Source of the DNA: Synechococcus sp. A15-24
GTDB taxonomy: Bacteria; Cyanobacteriota; Cyanobacteriia; PCC-6307; Cyanobiaceae
Assembly: GCF_014280195.1 (NCBI RefSeq)
Contig: NZ_CP047960.1
Location: forward strand, 360,001 to 392,000
Reading direction: 5' to 3'
DNA length: 32,000 nucleotides
The notes below the pieces were generated by a model. It did not search any database and was not told the origin of the DNA. It saw only the letters and a list, made by a program, of their open reading frames with translations. The position numbers and the translations under genes were made by a program. Below, one piece after another: positions 19,161 through 25,124 of this stretch (position 1 is its first letter; every line of letters starts with the position of its first letter).

Positions 19161-19262
19161 ATGTCCATCTCCAGTCAAGACCTGATCGTCTTCTTCGCCA
19201 GCTTCGGCGTGGCTCTCGTCGCCCTGAACCTCTACAAGCTGTCTCAGCCTGCAAAGGGCTGA
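19161..19262 (+). CDS. 33-aa hydrophobic peptide (single TM)
   Basis: ATG..TGA: MSISSQDLIVFFASFGVALVALNLYKLSQPAKG. 26 of 32 codons after the ATG end in G/C, matching host codon bias. This is much better than the antisense frame of the 143-aa track ORF. Below the ORF-track size cutoff. Confidence 0.4.
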   Translation: MSISSQDLIVFFASFGVALVALNLYKLSQPAKG

Positions 19263-19296
19263 AAAAAGCGCTCCGGTTGCTCCGGATTTCCGGAGC
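19262..19296 (-). terminator. possible minus-strand terminator with alternative pairings
   Basis: Minus strand: GCTCCGG-AAAT-CCGGAGC-AA-CCGGAGCGC-TTTTTT. GCTCCGG can pair with either CCGGAGC copy, and the distal pairing places a U-tract 2 nt after the stem. Confidence 0.35.
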
Positions 19297-19314
19297 AAAA
19301 TGTGGAAAGCGGCC

Positions 19315-19343
19315 AAAAAGAAACCCCGGAGAGATCTCCGAGG
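19315..19343 (-). terminator. rho-independent terminator (minus strand)
   Basis: Minus strand: CCTCGGAGATCTCTCCGGGG followed by TTTCTTTTT. The tail is like that of the two Yfr2-like terminators. Confidence 0.55.
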
Positions 19344-19536
19344 TCTTTAATCCATTCGGCTGATCCCCATCACCCGGCCGGTCTCGACAAAACTAACCTC
19401 GTTGGACTCATTTGTGCCACAACTGGACGGTTCCACAATTGTGTGGTGAAAATCCGACCCGCGCCTCTTGACACCATATGTGGGGCTAGTCAGCACGAAG
19501 CAGCTGAGTCATATTTAGGTTTCCCCCATCACCCAG

Positions 19537-19566
19537 CCCGTTGTGCGAGTCACACCGGGTTTTTTT
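19537..19566 (+). terminator. rho-independent terminator (plus strand), end of an unassigned short transcript
   Basis: CCCGTTGTG-CGAGT-CACACCGGG (one mismatch) followed by TTTTTTT. No credible CDS upstream on the plus strand. Confidence 0.55.
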
Positions 19567-19657
19567 GTGCCCTGAAGCGCTAGGGATGGTGCTCTGGGCG
19601 GCTGTTGCGACCCGAAGACACAGTTTGGATCCACTGACCTTGTGGATAACTGAGGGC

Positions 19658-19741
19658 AAAAAGAAACCCCCGCCAAAGGCAGGGGCTCCGAAAACTCACG
19701 GGGTTGTGTCCTTGTTTCCAACCCGTGAGGTTTTTCCTCAC
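19658..19741 (-). ncRNA. Yfr2-family-like sRNA, copy 2
   Basis: Minus strand: GTGAGG-AAAAA-CCTCAC, then GGGTTG[GAAACAAGGACA]CAACCC, then CCCCTGCC-TTT-GGCGGGGG plus TTTCTTTTT. Same architecture as copy 1, with two compensatory base-pair changes in hairpin 2. Confidence 0.5.
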
Positions 19742-19771
19742 GTCCAAAACCTAGCCAGATGAATGGCCATG

Positions 19772-19791
19772 CCAACTGTCACTGTGCCAGT
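19772..19791. repeat. right arm of the perfect 20-bp inverted repeat (CCAACTGTCACTGTGCCAGT)
   Basis: Exact reverse complement of 18749..18768. The match does not extend on either side. Confidence 0.9.
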
Positions 19792-19824
19792 TTTGGGTGA
19801 CGCCTTTTGGCTTGTCCTAAGCGA

Positions 19825-19947
19825 TCAAGCATCGACTTCTTTCTTGTCGCCCTGCTTTTCCATCATCTGCTCGGGGGTTGCTTCGGCTGACTTACTGGAG
19901 GAGCATCCGCCAGCGTTAGCCACGTTGGCGAAGGCGGCCAAAACCAT
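19825..19947 (-). CDS. possible 40-aa lipoprotein-like peptide (perhaps the tail of a frameshifted longer ORF)
   Basis: MVLAAFANVANAGGCSSSKSAEATPEQMMEKQGDKKEVDA with a lipobox-like NAGGC. An out-of-frame ATG at 20000 encodes MNRSPNFAFIGGTVIIAT, which would make a fuller signal peptide if a 1-nt frameshift near 19950 were repaired. Confidence 0.3.
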   Translation of the reverse strand: MVLAAFANVANAGGCSSSKSAEATPEQMMEKQGDKKEVDA

Positions 19948-20068
19948 GTCGCGATGATCACGGTGCCGCCAATGAAGGCGAAATTTGGGGACCGGTTCAT
20001 GAGAAGTAGACCTAAGAGTCTGGTGCCCCTATCCACTCAAATCAGACCCTGGGGACGATGTGAGTCAC

Positions 20069-20294
20069 TTAGTCAGCGTTGACCCAGTTGATGACGCCTG
20101 TATCGACATCAGCCCCTTGTAACAACGTTGGAACCCTTGGGTTTCTGGCACCGCCATCGACCCAGATAGATCACATCAGCCATCCGCCAGGCCCCATCCG
20201 TGTCAGTGACGATCACGGTCATGCCTGCTTTGACGCGCAGAAAGAGGGGATCTGACTTGGGCGCTGCAACGGCGCTCGCATGATCAACCGACAT
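20069..20294 (-). pseudogene. DUF3104-family gene with an internal frameshift
   Basis: Track ORF 20109..20294 encodes MSVDHASAVAAPKSDPLFLRVKAGMTVIVTDTDGAWRMADVIYLG and then nonsense. A different frame from about 20160 encodes WVDGGARNPRVPTLLQGADVDTGVINWVNAD*. Joined, they match the DUF3104 pattern as I recall it (..GD.V.V...W..G.VI...GGAR.P.....Q..DVDTGVI..VNAD). Confidence 0.55.
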
Positions 20295-20306
20295 ACCTTT
20301 CTTAAA

Positions 20307-20324
20307 CTAGTACGCATGTACTAG
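20307..20324. other. 7-bp perfect inverted repeat CTAGTAC-GCAT-GTACTAG spanning the recombinase stop codon
   Basis: Lies between the recombinase stop (20321-20323) and the DUF3104 start (20294). Either a hairpin or a dimer-binding site. Confidence 0.4.
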
Positions 20325-21859
20325 CAGTGTGTGGACGTCTTGGGCAAGGGTGGAACCGTTAAAAGCTGCTTAAACGTCTGATCCTTCGCTTTGCCGAAGC
20401 CCCAGCCCTCCACTGAGATGGCCCTGCTCTTGCCGGGTCGACGGATGGCTTCGCTCACGTAGAGGAGCTTGAGCTCGCCACCTGCAGCCTCCGCTCGACA
20501 GAACTGCTTGAGCAGATTACGGAGCAGGGCCGGTTCCTTATCGATCAGGTCGGCTGCCGATTCCTGTTTGAAGCTCTGCACCTGTTGGATGAATGTCTCG
20601 ACAGCGGTGGAGCTCTTGGCCTGGATCGTGCGGGCCAGCTCATCCCGCTTCTTGTCCAACACTTGCCGCAGGTCGGGGTCATCCATCGCCTCGAGTTGCT
20701 GAATCCTGTCCTTCAAGGCGATTTCTCCAGCGCTCAGCTCGTTTTGCTGGGCTGCCAGAACTTCCTGCATGCGGCACACCAGTTCAGCGGCATGCACCTG
20801 AAGCATGGTGAACATGGCAATTGCCGTCTCCCTGGCCCGCATCGTTTTGTACCGGGAAGGGCAACCCACGGCGATGCACCTGAGGCACCAGTAATCAGCA
20901 CCTTTGCCTGGTTGGTGGTGGTGGAGGTTCCGGCCGCAGTCGCCGCATTGCACCAATCCAGTCAGGATCTTGGTGTCATGGCCCAACCCCCGGCGGTCTG
21001 GCTGCTTCCGTGCCTCATAGACGGAGTGGATGAAGGCCAGCTGCTCTCGCTTCAGCAGTGCAGGTTGAAACGGTTTGCCGTCGTCGTCGGTCCAGATGAT
21101 CTCCTCAAAATCACCTGGCGGCCGTGACACCCTGAGCTTCTTGCCGGTCTTTAGATCGACCTCCTTCCTCTGCTGCCCGTAGACCCGAGCACCTGCGAGC
21201 GTCGGGTTTCGGATCCAACGCTGTAGTGAATAGTTGGACCCCCACCTGATCCCATGCTCACGATGAAACCAATCCACCAGGGCGCCGGTGTTGGGGTCCT
21301 TGAGGAACCGCTGGATTGCCTCCTCTGCGATGTGCCAGCTGGTGGGGTCGGGTTCATACCTGCTGCCGTCCTCACTGAAGACGTAGGAAAACAGCGGTTT
21401 TGAACCGAACGGTTTGCGCTGGTCGCGCCGGTGTTTGAAGCCAGCTTTCAGTCGTTCAGCCAGTCGATCGGTCTCAGCCTCTGCCCAGCTGATCAGCATG
21501 CGGGCCATGAACCTCCCACCTGAGGTGCTGAGGTCGAGGCTGTCGTCCAGGGCCACCAGGCTGGGGCTGTTGTCCTGGCTGAAATACCGGAGCAGCTCAG
21601 CGCCATGGCTGCTGCTGCGGCTCAAGCGGTCGAGGCGAGTCACGACGACCGTGTTCATCAAACCTGCACCACAGTCACGGATCAGGCGTGACAGCTCGGG
21701 TCTGTCGTCCTTGGATCCGCTATCGATATCGATGTAACGCAGTGGTTCGTTGCCCCCGTGGGCGGTTGCGGCGGCTTCTAGACGGGCGATCTGCTGCTCG
21801 AGAGCGTTCTCCTGCTCATCGGAGCCGGTGCTGACCCTGGCGTAGATCGCGACCCGCAA
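20321..21859 (-). CDS. large serine recombinase (resolvase domain + recombinase domain + zinc ribbon + coiled coil)
   Basis: 512 aa. N-terminus (M)RVAIYARVSTGSDEQ with the catalytic Ser, then VVVTRLDRLSRS. Central recombinase-domain region. Cys cluster CGDCGRNLHHH...YWCLRCIAVGC. Start codon is TTG (no in-frame ATG/GTG between it and the upstream TGA). Confidence 0.9.
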   Translation of the reverse strand: MRVAIYARVSTGSDEQENALEQQIARLEAAATAHGGNEPLRYIDIDSGSKDDRPELSRLIRDCGAGLMNTVVVTRLDRLSRSSSHGAELLRYFSQDNSPSLVALDDSLDLSTSGGRFMARMLISWAEAETDRLAERLKAGFKHRRDQRKPFGSKPLFSYVFSEDGSRYEPDPTSWHIAEEAIQRFLKDPNTGALVDWFHREHGIRWGSNYSLQRWIRNPTLAGARVYGQQRKEVDLKTGKKLRVSRPPGDFEEIIWTDDDGKPFQPALLKREQLAFIHSVYEARKQPDRRGLGHDTKILTGLVQCGDCGRNLHHHQPGKGADYWCLRCIAVGCPSRYKTMRARETAIAMFTMLQVHAAELVCRMQEVLAAQQNELSAGEIALKDRIQQLEAMDDPDLRQVLDKKRDELARTIQAKSSTAVETFIQQVQSFKQESAADLIDKEPALLRNLLKQFCRAEAAGGELKLLYVSEAIRRPGKSRAISVEGWGFGKAKDQTFKQLLTVPPLPKTSTHC

Positions 21860-21904
21860 CTCTTGAGCGCTACTGAATTGCTCTCAGGCTAATAGGTGTG
21901 GCCT

Positions 21905-22009
21905 CACCACCAGCTGAATCCCCGGCAGTCCGGGCGCCAGGTCGACTTCAACGGTGACGGGATGGGCCTGCAGGCCCTGCAGCGATGCACTGAGACAACG
22001 TGCCAGCAT
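21905..22009 (-). pseudogene. comM: 5' stub of comM/yifB (Mg-chelatase-like competence ATPase), about 35 codons
   Basis: ATG at 22009: MLARCLSASLQGLQAHPVTVEVDLAPGLPGIQLV matches the conserved ComM/YifB N-terminus (MLAR..SA.L.G..A..V.VEVD...GLP....VGLPD). After codon 34-35 it reads VRPHLLA* instead of GLPD... No other ComM motif (Walker A and so on) occurs anywhere in the window. Confidence 0.7.
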
Positions 22010-22082
22010 TCAGGAAGTGGTGTGATGCATGGGGTTGATGCCCCGCCTGTCACATCAGCAGCCCCCTCCTGATCTTTTCGAC

Positions 22083-22424
22083 ATGGCGGACGACACCATC
22101 TTTGGAAAGATCCTCAGGGGGGACATCCCCTGCGATGAGGTTTACAGCGACGATCGCTGCCTGGCCTTTCGCGACATCGCCCCCCAGGCCCCCGTGCATG
22201 TGCTGGTGATACCCAGGCAGCCGATTGAAAGCCTGCGCAGCGCTAGTAGCGGCGATGAAGCGCTGTTGGGGCACCTGCTGCTGGTGGCGGCCCGGGTTGC
22301 GCGGCAGGAGGGTCTGGAGGATTTCCGCACTGTGATCAACAGTGGCGCCGCCGCGGGGCAGACCGTGTTCCACCTGCATGTGCACGTGATCGGTGGCCGA
22401 TCTCTGGATTGGCCGCCCGGTTGA
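22083..22424 (+). CDS. HIT-family (histidine triad) nucleotide-binding protein
   Basis: MADDTIFGKILRGDIPCDEVYSDDRCLAFRDIAPQAPVHVLVIP...FHLHVHVIGG (HxHxHxx motif). ATG at 22083 is preferred to the longer track ORF. Confidence 0.9.
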   Translation: MADDTIFGKILRGDIPCDEVYSDDRCLAFRDIAPQAPVHVLVIPRQPIESLRSASSGDEALLGHLLLVAARVARQEGLEDFRTVINSGAAAGQTVFHLHVHVIGGRSLDWPPG

Positions 22425-22448
22425 GGTCAGCCTCGCCACAATGAACCC

Positions 22449-24434
22449 ATGACGGTTTCTTCCATGGAGTCGCGCCAGGGTTTGCGCGGCCAGCTCAACA
22501 AGCTGCGCAACCTGGCCCAGCCTTTCTTCCTGCCCCTCGATCAGGCCAGCGGCTGGCAATTCGTTGGGTTGCTGGTGGCGCTGTTGTTCTGCGTCGGCGG
22601 GTTAGTGCTGGTGGCTCTCACCGGCCTGATTGGTCTGTTTGAACAGCTCTTGCCGGAGGTCACCGAGAAGTATTTCGGCGGGGTGTCCAGCACGATCGCC
22701 GGCATCTGGAGCAGCGCCTGGGGGGTGGTCTTCAGCGGTTTGTTCCTGATGGGAGGAGCGGCGTTCCTGGCGATGCGCCAACAGCTTCGCAACCGCCGCT
22801 GGCTGCACTGGCTGATGCTCGGCGTGATTGTGCTGATGTTGCTGACGGTCAATGGCATCAATGCCGGCATCGGCTTCATCGCGCGAGACCTCACCAATGC
22901 CCTGGTCGCCAAACAGGCAGATGGCTTCTACCGGATCCTGATCATTTACGCCTGCTGCTTTGTGGTGGCGTTGCCGATCCGTGTATCTCAGATCTTTTTC
23001 ACATTGAAGCTGGGGATTATCTGGCGCGATTGGTTGTCCCGCAGCCTGATCGGGGACTACATGCGCAACCGCGCCTATTACGTCCTCAATCCCAACGATG
23101 AACAGGCGACGGATGTTGATAATCCAGACCAGCGCATCACCGATGACACCCGCTCTTTCACGTCTCAGAGTCTCCAATTCACCCTTGGAGTGTTCGATGC
23201 TCTGCTAACCTTTTCCCTCAACATTCTTATTCTCTGGAGCATCAGTACAACATTGACGCTGTCACTCTTCGGCTACGCAAGTTTTGCGACCGCAGTGCTG
23301 GTGATCTCTGGGCGCAAGCTGGTGAAAATCAACTTTGATCAGCTGCGCTACGAGGCTGATTTTCGCTACGGATTGGTTCATATCCGCAACAACGCCGAGT
23401 CCATTGCCTTTTATTCCGGTGAAGAGCCTGAGGCTGCTGAAACTGAGCGGCGTCTCGGCTCTGTTGTTCGTAATTTCAACCTTCTGATTATCTGGCGCGT
23501 CATCATCGATGTGATGCGTCGCTCGATCGGATATGCCGGAAACTTCTTTCCTTATCTGGTCATGGCTGTTCCCTACTTTGCAGGGGAGATTGATTACGGG
23601 GGCTTCATTCAAGCCAACTTCGCCTTCGGAATGGTGGAGGGATCGCTGTTCTACGTAGTGAATCAGATCGAGGAATTGGCGCAATTCACGGCTGGAATTT
23701 CTCGCCTTGAGGGATTCCAGAGTGAGGTGGAGCAGGTGAGCCGTGAAGCCAGGGGTGCTGACCCTGTGCAGCAGGGAGCTGAGTCGATCGTGGTGCGCCA
23801 TGCCGATCTAACGCCACCCGGTGCTGATCAGCCAATCGTGCGGGATCTCAGTCTCAGCGTCGGCGAAACCGACAAGTTGCTGGTGGTGGGTCCCTCCGGC
23901 TGCGGCAAGACCTCATTGCTGCGGATGATCAGTGGTCTTTGGTCCCCCAGTAAGGGGGACGTTGAACGTCCACCCACAGGCGAGCTCCTGTTCATCCCCC
24001 AGAAGCCCTACATGCTGTTGGGGTCGTTGCGGGAACAGCTCTGTTACCCCACCGATGAAGGCCGGTTCAGTGACGACCAACTTCGCCATGTGCTGGATGA
24101 GGTGAATCTCAGCACGCTCTCGACCCGCTACCCCGACCTGGACGTCAAGCAGGACTGGCCTCGCATCCTTTCTCTTGGTGAGCAGCAACGCCTGGCCTTT
24201 GGCCGATTGCTGCTGAATGCCCCCCGGTTCGTGGTGCTGGATGAAGCCACCAGCGCCCTGGATGTGGCCACTGAGGATCATCTCTACGCCTTGCTGCGTC
24301 AGCGGGAACTGGCGGTGATCAGCATTGGCCACCGTCCCACCCTCAAGCAGTTCCACGATTCAGTGCTCGAGCTCAGCGGCAACGGTGACTGGCGGCTGAT
24401 GTCGGCGACCAGCTATGACTTCGGGCGTTCCTGA
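22449..24434 (+). CDS. fused permease/ATPase ABC transporter (SbmA/BacA-like membrane domain, YddA/COG4178 type)
   Basis: 661 aa. N-terminal multi-TM domain. Walker A GPSGCGKTSLL, signature LSLGEQQRLAFGRLLL, Walker B FVVLDEATSALD. Confidence 0.9.
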   Translation: MTVSSMESRQGLRGQLNKLRNLAQPFFLPLDQASGWQFVGLLVALLFCVGGLVLVALTGLIGLFEQLLPEVTEKYFGGVSSTIAGIWSSAWGVVFSGLFLMGGAAFLAMRQQLRNRRWLHWLMLGVIVLMLLTVNGINAGIGFIARDLTNALVAKQADGFYRILIIYACCFVVALPIRVSQIFFTLKLGIIWRDWLSRSLIGDYMRNRAYYVLNPNDEQATDVDNPDQRITDDTRSFTSQSLQFTLGVFDALLTFSLNILILWSISTTLTLSLFGYASFATAVLVISGRKLVKINFDQLRYEADFRYGLVHIRNNAESIAFYSGEEPEAAETERRLGSVVRNFNLLIIWRVIIDVMRRSIGYAGNFFPYLVMAVPYFAGEIDYGGFIQANFAFGMVEGSLFYVVNQIEELAQFTAGISRLEGFQSEVEQVSREARGADPVQQGAESIVVRHADLTPPGADQPIVRDLSLSVGETDKLLVVGPSGCGKTSLLRMISGLWSPSKGDVERPPTGELLFIPQKPYMLLGSLREQLCYPTDEGRFSDDQLRHVLDEVNLSTLSTRYPDLDVKQDWPRILSLGEQQRLAFGRLLLNAPRFVVLDEATSALDVATEDHLYALLRQRELAVISIGHRPTLKQFHDSVLELSGNGDWRLMSATSYDFGRS

Positions 24435-24443
24435 TCCGGCCGG

Positions 24444-24644
24444 ATGACCTCCCCCAGCGAGACCCCTGCAACCGCATCGGTTCCGGAGACGTCCGCCACA
24501 ACCAGCGATGTCCCCGCCTTTGGCTGGAGTGTTTATGCCGAGCGGGTGAACGGTCGGTTTGCCATGGTCGGCTTCACGGCAATTCTTGTGATCGAGGCGA
24601 TCAGCGGAGACACTTTTTTGCATTGGGCCGGTCTGCTGCCCTGA
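24444..24644 (+). CDS. hli: high-light-inducible protein (HLIP, CAB/ELIP/HLIP family)
   Basis: 66 aa with the chlorophyll-binding helix motif AERVNGRFAMVGFTAILVIE. Confidence 0.85.
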   Translation: MTSPSETPATASVPETSATTSDVPAFGWSVYAERVNGRFAMVGFTAILVIEAISGDTFLHWAGLLP

Positions 24645-25124
24645 TCAGGGCAGGCGAATCAAATCCACCTCCCAGCGTCCGCCGCGGCTCACCTGCACCG
24701 CCAGCCGACGCCCATCAGCATTGAGGCTCACGGAACGCGGCACCCCTGGTGGCTCCAGCGGCAGCCGTTGCACCGTGCCCACATTGCGGCGATACAGCAC
24801 CAGTTCGGTGCGTTCATTCCGCTGCTGCACCACCGCCAGGCGCATGCCATCAGCGCTGACGCTGACGCTGATCGGCTGGGCATCAGCGCGGTTGAGCCCC
24901 GGCAAGGGCACCGGTTGCCGTGACCCCAGATTCACTAGGTCCACCCGTTCCCGTCCACCCCGCAGGGTCAGGCTGGCCAGCCAGCGTTGCGCCAGGGCGG
25001 GGTCGCGTCGGCTGCTGGCGTTCTGACGCAGCAGACCGTTGAAATCGGGCAGTGGTGTCGGCCGCGGTCCACTGCAGCCCAGCAACAGGAGGGAGAGCAG
25101 CAGCAGCGAGGCGGTCGGCGTCAT
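24645..25124 (-). CDS. lipoprotein with TolB-like (PD40) propeller repeats
   Basis: Signal peptide with lipobox MTPTASLLLLSLLLLGCSG. Repeats of the type VSVSADGMRLAVVQQR and VSLNADGRRLAVQVSR. ATGA overlap with the upstream paralogue. Confidence 0.6.
   Translation of the reverse strand: MTPTASLLLLSLLLLGCSGPRPTPLPDFNGLLRQNASSRRDPALAQRWLASLTLRGGRERVDLVNLGSRQPVPLPGLNRADAQPISVSVSADGMRLAVVQQRNERTELVLYRRNVGTVQRLPLEPPGVPRSVSLNADGRRLAVQVSRGGRWEVDLIRLP

Larger units (their letters stand above)
17509..21904. mobile_element. degraded integrative island with a large serine recombinase, inserted in comM. Right junction near 21905; left end ill-defined (deletion)
   Basis: The right boundary is where ComM-like translation stops (see 21905..22009). 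The recombinase gene is immediately inside it. The interior holds truncated hsdM, frameshifted or fragmentary DUF3104 genes, repeated sRNA modules, and lower-GC, ORF-poor DNA. The left limit is set at the abrupt end of hsdM. Confidence 0.6.

Noticed and set aside
19089-19316. N-terminal 76 codons of the 143-aa track ORF 18885..19316.
   Set aside because: It contains two terminator-type hairpins. It is antisense to a 33-aa ORF with much better codon bias, and its own third-position bias is flat. Only the distal 67 codons are kept, and with low confidence.
19302-19583. 93-aa plus-strand ORF, and the 19088..19363 and 19515..19775 ORFs in the island.
   Set aside because: They cross intrinsic terminators or the sRNA modules. 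Their composition is not protein-like (Arg/Pro/Gly rich) and they lack host-like codon bias.
19714-19750. The plus-strand sequence GTTTCCAACCCGTGAGGTTTTTCCTCACGTCCAAAAC looks like a 37-nt CRISPR repeat: GTTTCCA start, internal hairpin, AAAC end. A related copy lies at 18700-18737.
   Set aside because: There are only two copies about 1 kb apart. They diverge from each other (the 3' end is not shared), and there is no repeat-spacer periodicity or cas gene. The sequence is the antisense of the Yfr2-like hairpins, which explains it better.
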